From Eledone cirrhosa (lineage: Eukaryota), in assembly GCA_964016885.1 (NCBI GenBank), contig OZ024747.1:11532001-11596000 (forward strand): 64,000 nt of DNA. The letters run 5' to 3'. The notes under the pieces are model-generated. The model was not told where the DNA came from, searched no databases, and worked only from the letters and a program-made list of their open reading frames with translations. Below, in pieces: positions 12,625-27,765 of this stretch. The position numbers and the translations under genes were made by a program. Each line of letters starts with the position of its first letter. Position 1 is the stretch's first letter.

Positions 12625-13202
12625 AAAAATGCAGGGCAATCAAAATTGATGGAAGTTACGGAGTAGGTAGATCCAGAAAAACCTGGGACGATTTGATAAA
12701 TTCCGACCTTACACACTTGCACCTCTCTAAGACAATATCACTGGACCGAGATCTTTGGCACTACGCAGTAATACAGAAGACCCGCTTGCCTATGTACAAA
12801 GCGAAACCTACAGTCAGTAGGCACCTCTTAACCAAATAAACACCCCAACCCACTACCCCTACCCTATCCTCCCACTCCCACCAACACCACCCTCTCTCTG
12901 TAAAGTTGGTACCACAACATCCAGTCCAAACTAATGCGGTCGTGTAGGTGTCGCAACAAAAAAAAAACACACAGTCCACGCTGTAATGTGGCTGTGTAGG
13001 TAACACGGTAAAAAGTTGCCAGTTCCACACTGTAAATGTGGTTGGTGTTAGGAAGGGCATCCAGCCGTAGAAAACCTGCCAGATAGTCCTATATGAGCGA
13101 GACACGGTCACCCGACCAATCTTGCCTCAAGTGGGACAACTCCCATCTAACCCATGCTAGCGTGGAAGATGGGCATTAAACGAAGATGATGATGATGATG
13201 AT
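12625..13202 (+). mobile_element. RTE-clade LINE 3' end with 3' UTR and (GAT)n tail
   Basis: Encodes [34 protein letters not shown]; homologous to 16670-17309(-). Confidence 0.8.
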
Positions 13203-13820
13203 TATATATATATATATTTATACACATACACACACACACATATATATATATATAAATCTGTAATCATCAAAAAACGGATGTAAAAACGGTGATATATGTA
13301 TGTGTGTGTATGTATGTATGTATGTGTGTGTGTGTATGTGCATAATGTTGTTATTGTTGTCGTAATGTCACAGGTCATCTCTATTCAAGCAGATCAGTTG
13401 CATCAAATAACAGGGCGACACCCACAGATTGTGTAAAAATAATATATATGGTGACACATTCATGAGAGTGTTGATCAGGGGAATGTTGAACTGCATAATC
13501 AGATATGCAGTGCTTAACTTTATGGTATACAGTGATACAGGGTCGATATGTTAAGGTGGGGGTGATATGTGCAGGTGCGGTGTTGATATACAGTGATACA
13601 AGGTCGGTACTACACTGGTGTAGTTTTGGTCACACTGTATTTATGTAGATATAATTTTATCATACACTTTGGCTGCTAACACACTTCCTAATATATATCT
13701 TAATTAATTCCCAACACGAAAACTAATTATATACAAAGTATATTCATTTCAGATTGATAATAAGAGTGAATGGTTATATAAGCCCAACAAATTCATGTTT
13801 CTTTGTGGTTGACGATATAC

Positions 13821-13870
13821 ACACCTTCTGATGAAGGTTCAATTAGGCCTGAAATTCGATTAAAGAGTGT
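13821..13870 (+). ncRNA. Minimal hammerhead motif (Penelope pLTR relic)
   Basis: ACACCTT-CTGATGA-AGGTT-CAATTA-GGCCT-GAAA-TTCGAT-TA-AAGAGTGT; helix III is one mismatch from the palindrome AATCGATT. Confidence 0.55.
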
Positions 13871-14240
13871 TTACCATTTTTTCAATTTACAGGAAAATTC
13901 GCATTTTCTGGCATGGTTACCTTACATATCAAATATGTGTATATATTTATATACACATTGTTGCAGTCTTGGTTACACACTCCGTATGTATACAGAAATA
14001 ATACATTATCTGAGAACATTTCTTTCACTAGGAGGATCTAGGACTCTCCCAGTTCATCAGCTTGGCCATATTAATAACGATTGCCTCTTTCTTACAAAAT
14101 CTTTATAACAGCCAACTGGCAAGACTTCCCTCATAAGTGGAACCACCCAGTTCCACACAGGATACAACAAATCTGTCCTCTTTGTTCAGCCAGTTTTCTA
14201 TGGATGGATTCTCTTCCTATTGCCAAACATTTTTCACACA

Positions 14241-14535
14241 TAGATACCCAGTGTCTATAGATACCCACTATGTCTATAGATACCCAGTGTCTATAGATAC
14301 CCACTATGTCTATAGATACCCAGTGTCTATAGATACTTACTATGTCTATAGATACCCAGTGTCTATAGATACCCAGTATGTCTATAGATACCCAGTATGT
14401 CTATAGATACCCACTATGTCCATAGATACCCACTATGTCTATAGATACCCACTATGTCTATAGATACCCAGTATGTCTATAGATACCCACTATGTCCATA
14501 GATACCCACTATGTCTATAGATACCCACTATGTTT
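14241..14535. repeat. 17/19-bp minisatellite (TAGATACCCAGTGTCTA / TAGATACCCACTATGTCTA)
   Basis: Directly visible. Confidence 0.9.
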
Positions 14536-15777
14536 GTAGATATGGATGTAGACATGGCTGAGAAGTTAAAAAGATTGCTTTGCAATAATGAGGATCCAGG
14601 TTAGATTCTACAGCATGTCATCTTGAGCAAGTCTAACATCCATGAGCTCAGTTGGTCTTGCTTGGGCATCCAGCTGCTGGATCAATTGGAGCCAATTGCT
14701 TCTGACAGGACCTACTGGAAGGAGTGTTTGAGAACTCAGCTCCCAGGACCCTCTCAGGAATAATTGAGCGAAGGAGGGGGAGGGGGAGAAGCAGAAGAAG
14801 AAGCCTTTAAAGAGAGTGCTTTTGGTTGATAGAAAGAAAGGTGGTTCTGTGTTAAGTGACATATATACATAGCTGTGAAAAGATAGTAAGGTTGTGTTTG
14901 TAAAAGTGAAGAAGGCTGGGAACCAAAGTAAGAATAACCTACTTCTAATAAAACCAGTCAAGTAGAAAAAGTTAGGCTGCTATAGAAAATTAATATTTCT
15001 AAATATTTCATTATCATCAATCATTATCATTGAATATTTTTGTCCTTAGTGACAATAATTGTATTGGTAGTTATACTAGCAGTTGGAAATGGTGACTAGT
15101 ATATATAGTATTGGTGGCTATAGTAGTAGTTAGTATTGGTGACTATAGTAGTTAGTATTAGTAGTAAAAATTGTTATAAAGTTGTAATAGGTATAGTAAA
15201 AATGTATAGTTCACATAACTACATATAATAAAACAGTAAAATACTAACCATATATGTATAGTTGTTCGTTAGTAGATATAGTTGTTAGTAGATATAATAG
15301 TAATACACGATTTAGTGTATTTAGATATCCTAGTTAGTACATTATATAATGTAATACTAACTATATATTTAGATATAGTAGTTAGTACATTATATAGTGT
15401 AATACTAACTATATATTTAGGTATAGTAGTTAGTAGTACACCATATCTCTCTCTACTCTTGTTCCATAACTCACGAGGGAGTCATAAGGGAGCTTGGGGG
15501 TATAAAGCATTTCTAGGGCATTTTAAAACCTGGTGGAGCCCATCTCCTCTCAAGGTCTGAATACAGCAGATTTATTCCAGAGAAGGATACAACAAAGAGT
15601 GAGAGAATGGAAGGGAGAAAGAGGTATAGAGGAAGAATCGACCCCAGTACTTGACTGGTACTTTTTTAATCAACTTTAAAAGTTGAAAAAAAAACCCACA
15701 AAGCATTTTATCTGACATCCTAATGATTCTGCCAATTCACCACCTTAGTACACCGTATAGAGTAATACTAACCATAT

Positions 15778-16135
15778 ATTTAGATATAATGGTTAGTAGA
15801 TGTAGTAGTTAGATATAATGGTTAGTAGATGTAGTAGTTAGATATAATGGTTAGTAGATGTAGTTGTTAGATATAATGGTTAGTAGATGTAGTAGTTAGA
15901 TATAATGGTTAGTAGATGTAGTTGTTAGATACAAAGGTTAGTAGATGTAGTAGTTAGATATAATTGTTTCTACTTTTGGCACAAGTCCAGCAATTATCCC
16001 AGTGTATTACTGGTACTTTATTTTATCGGTAGATGTAGTAGTTAGATATAATGGTTAGATGTAGTAGTTAGATATAATGGTTAGTAGATGCAATAGTTAG
16101 TAAATATAATAGTTAGTTATAACAGATGGTAGATA
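15778..16135. repeat. 29-bp minisatellite (TAGATATAATGGTTAGTAGATGTAGTAGT) interrupted by a SINE tail at about 15960-16030
   Basis: Directly visible. Confidence 0.85.
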
Positions 16136-16363
16136 TAATATATGGTACTCACCACTAAATATAAAAATATATTTCCTTTTGTTTTCATAAAGTTGTTGGT
16201 TTGAATGAAATATTATTTGTGATTATGTAAGAGAATGGGAAGACATAGATAGATACTGAAGGATCTGGGGTAGAGTGAGGAAGTAGAGCAAACTATGATT
16301 GGAGCGAATTGAACATTATTACACTGTTTGATATGATATTGATTTGTATAGCTAGAGATAGAG

Positions 16364-16406
<43 letters not shown>

Positions 16407-16502
16407 ACACACACATATATATGGTGAGACAGAGACAAACATATATAAGTATATAGATGGAGAGAAAGAGAGACAAACATACACACACACACATATATAT
16501 AC

Positions 16503-16556
<54 letters not shown>

Positions 16557-16669
16557 GTATATATATGTATATATGTATGTATATATATATGTATATATAT
16601 ATGTATATATATATATATGTATGTGTATATATATATGTATATATATATGTATGTATATGTATATATATA

Positions 16670-17304
16670 TCATCATCATCATCATCATCATCAACGTTTA
16701 ACGTCCGTGTTCCACGCTTGCATGGGTTTGGACGGGGGTAGTCCCACTTGAGGCAAGAGTGGTTGTCTTGCTCGCATAGGACTGTCTGGCAGGTTTTCTA
16801 CAGTTGGATGCTCTTCCTAACACCAACCACATTTACAGTGTGGGGCTGGGAGGTTTTTACCGTGTTGCCTACACGGCCACATTACAGCGTGGACTGTGTG
16901 TTTTTTTGTCGTGACACCTACACGATCTCATTTGTTTCGGCCTGGATGGTGTGGCACCAACACAACTTTACATAGAACGGGGTGGCGTGGATGGGGTGGG
17001 GTTGGTGGGACGGGGGGGGGGGGGTATTTTGTTAGAGATGCCTACTGGCTGTAGTAGGTTTTACTATGTATTTAGGTAAGGCGGGTCTTCTCTGTTACTG
17101 AGTACCGCCAAAGGTCTCGGTCCAGTGACATTGTCTTGGAGAGGTGTAAGTGTGTGAGGTCGGAGTTTATCAGCTCGTCCCAGGTTTTTCTAGGTCTGTC
17201 TATTCCGTGGCTACCGTCTATCTTTATTGCCCTGCACTTTGTTATACAGCTATCGACTTTCATGCGCATCACGTGTCCATACCAACGTAGCCTTCTCTCG
17301 AGTA

Positions 17305-17309
<5 letters not shown>
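16670..17309 (-). mobile_element. RTE-clade LINE 3' end
   Basis: Encodes [41 protein letters not shown]; (GAT)n tail. Confidence 0.85.
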
Positions 17310-17376
<67 letters not shown>

Positions 17377-17413
17377 GTATATATATATGTATGTATATGC
17401 ATATATATGTATG

Positions 17414-17451
<38 letters not shown>

Positions 17452-17461
17452 TATATATATG

Positions 17462-17919
<458 letters not shown>

Positions 17920-17953
17920 GTATATATATATGTATATATATATATGTATATAT

Positions 17954-18234
<281 letters not shown>

Positions 18235-18599
18235 GTATATATATATATATATGTATGTATATATATATGTATATAAATATGTATATAAATATGTATATAT
18301 ATATGTTTATATAAATGGGGAGGGAGAAAGAAAGTGAGAGAGGAACACATTGATTTCTAATTTATCAATATATTGGAAAAGCTGTCAGTTTCAATCATAA
18401 ATGAGAATCAAGCAGAAATCTTGTTTGATTCTCAGTTTACTTTATGTAGTATGGTAACAGCTGGTTCCATGACTTTATCAAAAAAGTCTTTAGTTCATAG
18501 AGATTTTACTTACATCAGAGGCCACCACTCCCTTAAATTATCTATATTACTCTAATCCAGAATTGGCACCTGAGTATTTATTTCCTTAGTTTAGTCCTG

Positions 18600-20065
18600 C
18601 AATGTATTCCTTGGGGTTTAGTGCCCAATGTTAGCCTTACAATATGTGCCTGGGTACCTAATACCCTAGGTTAACCTTACAATATGTACCTGGGTTTTTA
18701 ACACTCTAGGCTAGTTGTACAATATGTGCCTGGGTATTTAACACCATAGGCTAGCTCTAAAATATGTACCTGGGTATTTAACACCATAGGCTAACTCTAC
18801 AATATGTACCTGGGTATTTAACACCATAGGCTAACTCTACAATATGTACCTGGGTATTTAACACCATAGGCTAACTCTACAATATGTACCTGGGTATTTA
18901 ACACCATAGGCTAGCTCTACAATATGTACCTGGGTATTTAACACTATAGGCTAGCTCTACAATATGTACCTGGGTATTTAACACCATAGGCTAACTCTAC
19001 AATATGTACCTGGGTATTTAACACCATAGGCTAGCTCTACAATATGTACTACAATATGTACCTGGGTATTTAACACCATAGGCTAGCTCTACAATGTGTT
19101 CCCCCCATCTTTCAGATATGCATCCCATTCTCCCAAATAAAACAATTTCAACTTACAGTTTGGTAAACTTACAAACCTAGTTTTGAGACACTTCTTGTTC
19201 TGACAACACTAAGAAAATTACTAAGCCTGCATTTTTCACAATACAGTCCACACTCACCCACACCAACTCATGTGACAGGACATAACACATTAAGTCCCAT
19301 TGTATATTTCCACAATGCTGTTACATATCAATGATGCAGGAAATAATCATATCAACACATTTATATAATACTGTGATCTTTTAAGGTTCATTAGCGCATC
19401 TCCCAAAAGTCAGCTCAAGAGTAGCACAGAGGAGACTGAGGTTAGCTGGATATGCTCACCAACATCCAGAGTTGACACTGCACTCAGTGCTCCTGTGGGA
19501 GCCCCTGCATGGACACACTGGAAGAGGAAGACCGAGGTTGACATATGTTGATGCCCTACGGACAGACATTGGTCTCTTGGAGACGCAGAACATGGCAGCG
19601 ATGATAAGGGACAGAGACCGCTGGAGAGAATTAGTCCATGGATCTTGGGAATTTTACCCGCCCTAGATAGATAGTGCATCTCCCTGAGGTCTGCACCTTA
19701 AGTCTTTTAAGGTTGAAGAGTGCATCTGCCTGAAGTCTGCTCCTTAAACAGCTGCCTGGTTGGCCTTAATGGTAGTGCTGGTCCTACTATAAAGCAGTTG
19801 CTCACAAAACTTGTCACAGAACCCTTATACAATTTTCCAAGATGTCACAGAAGCTATACCTATAATTTACAGACAATTCATACCACAAGTGGGTGAATGT
19901 GAACTGTGTAGTGGAAATGCAGGCTTAGTAATTTAAAAAAAAAAATAAGGTCAAAGCAAAAAGTGCCCAATATTAGGCTTGTCAGCTTACTAAACTGCAA
20001 GTTATTTTATTTGGGAGAAGTGTCATGTATTGTAGGGCTAGTCTTGGGTGCTAAATACCCAGATT
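18600..20065. mobile_element. Foldback/MITE-like element with about 200-bp inverted ends; left end expanded into a 40-bp minisatellite (18600-19097); RTE-like fragment inserted at about 19420-19670
   Basis: The reverse complement of 19865-20065 matches 19060-19270 (CTCCCAAATAAAA, TACTAAGCCTGCATT, ACAGTCCACA), and 6712-7540 is a paralogue. The insert encodes RRLRLAGYAH..WEPLHG..GRGRPRLTYVD..DRDRWR. Confidence 0.55.
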
Positions 20066-20712
20066 GTGAGTTGTGGCCTCAATGTGGTCATTCGATTTGC
20101 TAGAAACAACAGCTAAATCTCCCTCAAATCAAAACCCTGTTGTTTTGAATAAAGCAAAGACACACTATGTTATGTAGGTCTGGAATGTTTGTAACCATAG
20201 GTCAGTGTGTCTACTCTTTATTAAATAATAAAGTATTTGGAAGTCTGAACTTAGCTTACGGTCCCCAGGATGTCCTGGAGATCCCAGACTCCCAGTACTA
20301 CCTTCAAGGAGCCCCAGGGTTTCGCAAATCCGTTGTAATACCTTTATGGACCTTCAGTACTATTTCTGTCGACTCTAGGCTGGGAACTGCAATTCTTAAG
20401 AAAATGCATTTTGTCAGGTAAAAAGGGCAAGGGAAATAACTCTGTTTGACTGAACCACTCACATCAGTTGATTATCTTTTTCCCGCCAGTGACAAGATTT
20501 AAAGAGATAAAGAGAGAGGGGAGGGGCGAGAGAGAGGGGTGGAGTGAGAGATACAGGGGGAGAGAGCGATAGAGGGGTGGGTGGTTGAGAGATAGAGGGA
20601 TGGAGTGAGAGATATATATATAGAGAGGGAGAGATAGAGGAAAGATGGAGGAGGTGATAGTGTATCAACCAAGTGAATGGTTGGATCAAATGTTCTAATC
20701 CCATCAACCACC

Positions 20713-22800
20713 TACTATACTGTAATATACTGTACTGTACTATAATATACTGTAATGTACAATACTGTAATATACTGTACTGTACTATAGTATACTGTAC
20801 TGTAATATATTGTACTGAACTATAATATACTGTAATGTACTATACTGTACTATAATATACTGTAATGTACTATAATGTACTATACTGTACTATAATATAC
20901 TGTACTGTAATATATTGTACTGTACTGTAATATATTGTACTGTACTATAATATACTGTACTGTACTATAATATACTGTACTGTAATATATTGTACTGTAC
21001 TATAATATACTGTACTGTACTATAATATACTGTACTGTAATATATTGTACTGTACTATAATATACTGTACTGTACTATAATATACTGTACTATAATATAT
21101 TGTACTATAATATACTGTACTATAATATACTGTACTGTACTATAATATACTGTACTGTAATATATTGTACTGCACTATAATATACTGTACTGTACTATAA
21201 TATACTGTACTATAATATATTGTACTATAATATACTGTACTATAATATACTGTACTGTACTATAATATACGGTACTGTAATATATTGTACTGTACTATAA
21301 TATACTGTACTGTACTATAATATACTGTACTATAATATATTGTACTATAATATACTGTACTATAATATACTGTACTGTACTATAATATACGGTACTGTAA
21401 TATACTGTACTGTACTATAATATACTGTACTGTACTATAATATACTATACTGTAATATACTACATTGTACTGTACTATAATATACTGTACTATAATATAC
21501 GGTACTGTAATATATTGTACTGTACTATAATATACTGTACTGTACTATAATATACTATACTGTAATATACTACATTGTACTGTACTATAATATACTGTAC
21601 TGTAATATATTGTACTATACTATAATATACTGTACTGTAATATATTGTACTGTACTATAATATACTGTACTGTACTATAATATACTATACTGTAATATAC
21701 TACATTGTACTGTACTATAATATACTGTACTATAATATACGGTACTGTAATATATTGTACTGTACTATAATATACTGTACTGTACTATAATATACTATAC
21801 TGTAATATACTACATTGTACTGTACTATAATATACTGTACTGTAATATATTGTACTATACTATAATATACTGTACTGTAATATATTGTACTGTACTATAA
21901 TATACTGTACTGTACTATAATATACTATACTGTAATATACTACATTGTACTGTACTATAATATACTGTACTGTAATATACTGTACTGTACTATAATATAC
22001 TATACTGTAATATATTGTACTGTACTATATTATAATGTACCATAATATACTGTACTGTACTATAATATACTGTACTGTAATATACTGTACTGTACTATAA
22101 TATACTATACTGTAATATACTACATTGTACTATACTATAATATACTGTACTGTAATATATTGTACTATACTATAATATACTGTACTGTAATATATTGTAC
22201 TGTACTATAATATACTGTACTGTACTATAATATACTGTACTGTAGTATACTGTACTGTACTATAATATACTATACTGTAATATATTGTACTGTACTATAT
22301 TATAATGTACCATAATATACTGTACTGTACTATAATATACTGTACTATAATATATTGTACTGTAATATACTACATTGTACTGTACTATAATATACTGTAC
22401 TATAATATACGGTACTGTAATATACTGTACTATAATATATTGTACTATAATATAATATACTGTACTATACTGTACTATACTGTACTGTACTATACTGTAC
22501 TATACTGTACTGTACTATACTATACTGTACTATACTATACTATACTATATTGTACTATAATATACTGTACTGTACTATACTGTACTGTACTATACTGTAC
22601 TGTACTATACTATAATATACTGTACTATACTGTACTATACTATAATATACTGTACTATATATTCTATACTATACTATACTATACTATACTATACTGTACT
22701 ATACTATATTGTACTATAATATACTGTACTATACTCACTACCATTCTAAACTGTATTCTAAACTGTACTGTACTATACTCACTACCACTACTATACTATA
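20713..22800. repeat. Approximately 2.1-kb pentamer-based satellite (TACTG/TACTA/TAATA) with higher-order units
   Basis: Directly visible. Confidence 0.95.
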
Positions 22801-22861
22801 TCAGCACTACTATATTATACCACCACTACAACCACCCACTATAATATACTATCATACCTGT

Positions 22862-23388
22862 AGTGGTGGTGGTGGTAGTATTTGTTGTAGTGGTTTTTGT
22901 GGTAATGGTGGTAGTGGTGTTAGTGGTGGTTGTTGTTGTTGTGGTTATGGTTTGGTTGTTGTTGTTGTTGTTGTTGTTGTTGTGGTGGCTGTTGTTGTGG
23001 TTATGGTTTGGTTGTTGTTGTTGTTGTTGTGGTGGCGGCTGTTGTTGTGGTTATGGTTTGGTTGTTGTTGTTGTTGCAGTGGTTGTTGTTGTTGTTGTTG
23101 TTGTTGTTGTCGTCGTCGTCGTTGTTGTCGTTGTCGTTGTTGTTGTTGTTGTTGTTGTCGTGGTGGTGGCTGTTGTTGTGGTTATGGTTTGCTTGTTGTT
23201 GTTGTTGCAGTGGTTGTTGTTGTTGTTGTTGTTGTCGTCGTCGTTGTTGTCGTTGTCGTTGTTGTTGTTGTTGTTGTTGTGGTGGTGGCTGTTGTTGTGG
23301 TTATGGTTTGGTTGTTGTTGTTGTTGCAGTGGTTGTTGTTGTTGTTGTTGTTGTCGTCGTCGTTGTTGTCGTTGTTGTTGTTGTTGTC

Positions 23389-23421
<33 letters not shown>

Positions 23422-23440
23422 GTTGTTGTGGTGGTGGAGG
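22862..23440. repeat. (GTT)n/(GTC)n compound microsatellite with duplicated blocks
   Basis: Directly visible. Confidence 0.95.
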
Positions 23441-23728
23441 CGTGTGTGAGTGTGTTGTAATTAGTCTAGGTGAGCTGGGAAAGTAATGAGACAGGTGGGC
23501 TGGGAATGTAATAAGATAGTGTGGGAAATGCAGGTGAGAATGATTAATTTAGCTAATTACAACAAATAGTTTGGATTTGACTGGAAGAAAGAAGAGAGGA
23601 GGAGGAGGAGAGAGTAAGGAAGACAGGAAGAGAGGAGGAGAAGGAGGAGAATATTAGAGACAGTGGTGGTGGGGGAGCATAAGAATATTGCTATTGTTGT
23701 AGAATTACATTATATTATGTATTTATTC

Positions 23729-23925
23729 AGGGCGGTGAACTGGCAGGATCGGTAGAGGGTCGGACGCCATGCTTTGACGCATAGAGTTACGGCCCTTGCC
23801 CTTCTGAGTTCAAATCGCGCCGAGGTTAACTTTGCCTTTCATCCTTACGGGGTCGATAAAATAAAGTACCAGTAATGTACTGAGTAATTGCTGGCCTTGT
23901 GCCAATAGTAGAAACAATTATGTAT
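23729..23925 (+). mobile_element. tRNA-derived SINE family A; other copies at about 24620-24812, 25350-25495, 36020-36150(-), 43545-43655(-), 46428-46615, 46622-46850, 48872-49060, 57005-57195
   Basis: A-box-like TGGCAGGATCGG, B-box GAGTTCAAATC, conserved core GCCTTTCATCCTTACGGGGTCGATAAAATAAAGTACCAG, tail GCTGGCCTTGTGCC..GTAGAAACAATTA. Confidence 0.8.
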
Positions 23926-24037
23926 TTATTCTTTTTAGGACACTAGGGTGAAATTAGATTTGGCTGCTATTTCTAGCAAGTCAAGCTACCATAAAGAGGG
24001 ATTTTGATTGAGAGAGAAAGAAAAGAGGACTCTATAG

Positions 24038-24103
<66 letters not shown>

Positions 24104-24156
24104 TCATCATCATCATCGTTTAACGTCTATCTACCACACTAGCATGGGTTTAGACG

Positions 24157-24209
<53 letters not shown>

Positions 24210-24300
24210 ATGTCTAAAAGGTAAACAGAAATAACAACACAATCGGTACAGTATATGGAAGGAATATATTAGTTTAACGCTTGATATAGCAGGAAGAGGG

Positions 24301-24336
24301 TCTTAACGTTTCAGACGCTAGTCCTTCATCGGAAGA
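24301..24336 (-). ncRNA. Minimal hammerhead motif (CCGATGA variant)
   Basis: Minus strand TCTT-CCGATGA-A-GGAC-TAGC-GTCT-GAAA-CG-TT-AAGA; helix I TCTT/AAGA, palindromic ACGT helix III; lies in a unique segment next to (TA)/(TG)n. Confidence 0.55.
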
Positions 24337-25760
24337 AAGAATGAGAAATAAGAGAGATTGAAGGGACGGGTGGGGTGGAATTGGAAAAAATGTCTTTATA
24401 TAGGGAGAAAGAAACAAAGTAGAGGAGGAGGGCCCTTAACTTCTGATGGACATGTAGGGGTTCTATTCTGACACACAGTATGTCTTAGGGGTTTCAAACC
24501 AGGTGAAGCCCAACTCTCTTCATGTTGGAACCCAGCTGATTTCTGAGAGAGAGAAGGAGGTAAAGAGGGGTAGAGGGAGAAAAGATCGCAGTATGTGACT
24601 GGTACGTTATTTATTAAACTGGGCGGTGGATTGGCAGTATCGGTAGAAGGTCGGACGCCATGCTTTCCAGCATAGTTACGTCCCTTTACAGTCTGAGTTC
24701 AAATCCCGCCGAGGTTGACTTTGCCTTTCATCCTTACGGGGTCGATAAAATAAAGTACCAGTAATGCACTGAGTAATTGCTGGCCTTGTGCCTAAAGTAA
24801 AAACAGTTATTTATTAAACTGGAAAGGATGAAAGAGAAAGTTTATATCAGTGACATTGGCAGTGGAGTTAAAGCTACATCTATTTCGTCCTGGCAGAGAA
24901 AACATGCCAGAACATAGAAACTCTCTGATATTTGACAAAAGTTTCAATAGCATGCTAATGGCGCCAGGTGGGATGGCAATGCGGTGGCAATGGGGAAGAG
25001 ATCAAAGTTATTGTTGTTGCTGGATGTCACGGTAAGATTGATGTGGACAAACAATGAACATATGTGATTTGACAACTTCAATATAAATATGTAAACTGCT
25101 AAATATTTCAAATATTTTTTTTTGGGGGGGGGGGTCTGTTTTCTTAGGGGAGAGAGTGAAGGGGGGAGGGGGCTCAATTTTCGTTGGAGAAGGGCTTCGT
25201 TTTTATTTGGGGGCATGTCTGTTTTATATTTTTGTCATTTTTCGTGGGGGGGGGGGGGGGGGGGGGTTACACACATACACACCTAAAATATTTTTGAAAA
25301 TTATCAAGATTTTGAAAGGACTTAATTATAAAGCTAACTTTCTATTTATTAAACTGGCAAATCCCGTCAAGGTTAGCTTTAGCTTTCATCCTCACAGGGT
25401 CAAAAAAATAAAGTACCAGTAATGTACTGGTGTCGATTTAATTGGCTTGCCCCTCCCCTACAAATTGCTGGCCTTGTGACTAAATCAGAAACAATCAGTA
25501 AGCTGTCATTATGACATACACTTACACACCACAAACACATACGTACATATAGACATAAACATCACACATATATTCACACACATGCACACGACAAACACCT
25601 GCATGCACACACATACATACATATACACATACAAACATATTCACACACATATGCTCCACACACATAGATAGTCACACATATACACAAATACATAAATGTG
25701 TATATCATTTATGTACATGTTTATATATGTACATAGAAACATACACACACACACATGCAA

Positions 25761-25799
<39 letters not shown>

Positions 25800-26764
25800 C
25801 ATGCATACATACACACACACACATGCAAACATACACACACATACACACACACACACACACATGCATGCATACATACACACACACACATGCAAACATACAC
25901 ACACACATGCATATTTATATTTATGGGAAATCAGTAATTGTATTTCGTAAGTTTGTAAATATGGGATTTTTTGTAACGTTCTTTTTTCATCATATATAAT
26001 GAGTTTTTAATGTAAAATAAATCATTTTTAGATTCCCCAGCTGCTGTATCAATATCAATCACTTACAATAAAATTTCACCGGAGATAGATTAGCAGAATT
26101 TAATAAGCGAGGAAGGAGGGGTGACATTATTCAAGACCTGAGAGTAGAAAGGTAAATAATGATGTGACACTCTGTTGAGTTTGACAATGAGGGATTTAGT
26201 TGTTCAATCAACTGAACATCATGCTCATGAAATTAACTTGTAAGTGGCTGAGCATTCCACAGACACGTGTAGCCCTTAATATAGTTCTCAGGGAGAATTC
26301 AGCATGACACCGTGTGTCCAAACAGTTTCCGTTTATCCAATTCCACTCGCAAGACATGAGTTAGCCTGATACTATGGTAAATATTACTTGAAGAAGATGT
26401 CACACAATAGGATTGAACCCTGGACCTTATGATTGAAAAGAGAGCTTCTTAACCATTTGGCCAGATAGATAAATAGACAGACAGAGAGATAGTTAGATAA
26501 AAATAGTGACAGACAGGTAAACAGATGGTAGGTAGATAGATAGATAGGTAGGTAGATATGTTTCTTTATTAGCCACAGGGGCACAAAAGAAGGTAGATAG
26601 GAAGGTAGGTAGATAGGTAGGTAGGTAGGTAGGTAGGTAGGTAGGTAGGTAGGTAGATAGGTAGATAGGTAGGTAGGTAGATAGGTAGGTAGGTAGGTAG
26701 TTAAGTAGGTGGGTAGGTAGGTAGTTAAGTAGATAGGTAGGTAGGTAGGAAGGTAGGTAGATAT

Positions 26765-27535
26765 ATTTCTTTTATTTGCCACTAGGGCATCAAAAATGGG
26801 ACAAGTACAATGGGGGGAGTTTACACAAAAAGGCGTCCTCAATAAGGAGGAGGCAATAACAAAATATAAAAATAAAATAAGATATAACAAAAAATAAAAT
26901 TTTTAACAAAATCCTCAATAGAGAGGAGGCGCCTTGGGGGGTCGCACACACCCCCGAAAAAAGTGTGCAACCCTTCTCCTCAGGAGCACAGAGAAGGGGT
27001 GCTCCCTTGGTCTTTCATCTTCCTCACCTATAGTCTGATGTAGAGTGAAGGCCCATTCACACGGGCCATTCTCGCCACTTTCACCCATCTTTCATAGAAA
27101 CGGCTGGGGTGCAGCACCTCTCTCTCCATCCTGATCCTTCTTCCGAAATGATATCGGAAGAAACGGACCAGTTGTTGGCCAGAGAGAAAGGTGCCCGACC
27201 TCAGTCCTTTCAGACGCGTCCACCATACAACCTCTTTCGCCATGGCTATTACGCACAGAAACACCGCCTCTGCTTCATCTTTGAAGGGGGGAGGCGGCTT
27301 GATCATTACAATAGACTCGGCGGTCAACCGGATCAGTCCCACCCTTGACAGCAGTTGTTCGACATAGCCCCACAGATCGGCTACGCCCGAGCAGTGTACT
27401 AATGCGTGTGCAACGGTTTCCTCGTCGCACACGCATCTGGGACAGATCTTTTTGGCGGGGTCCCTACCCGGGCGCCCGTGTCTGTAGAGCCTTTCTCGAA
27501 CGGGTAAAGCCCCTCGGTAGCACTGCCAGGCCAGG
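26765..27535 (-). mobile_element. Tx1/L1-clade LINE 3' fragment, copy 1 of a tandem cluster in (TAGG/TAGA)n
   Basis: ORF 27028-27432 and upstream encode CPRCVCDEETVAHALVHC (CCHC, zf-RVT-like). Confidence 0.8.
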
Positions 27536-27765
27536 TAGATAGGTGGGTAGGTAGGTAAGTAGGTAGATAGGTAGGTGGGTAGGTAGGTAGATAGGTAGGT
27601 AGGTAGGTAGGTAGTTAAGTAGGTGGGTAGGTAGGTAGTTAAGTAGATAGGTAGGTAGGTAGGAAGGTAGGTAGATAGGTGGGTAGGTAGATAGGTAGGT
27701 AGGTAGGTAAGTAGGTAGATAGGTAGGTGGGTAGGTAGGTAGATAGGTAGGTAGGTAGATAGATA

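Noticed and set aside
20260-20500. Apparent - strand exon pair (donor GTGAGT near 20462, acceptor near 20387, donor GTAAGC near 20259); similar pair at about 14873-14976
   Set aside because: The upstream piece lacks a clear AG acceptor and the downstream piece has stops in all frames; cannot be supported without RNA data.
23729-23830. tRNA-like A/B boxes
   Set aside because: No cloverleaf; they are heads of multi-copy SINEs.
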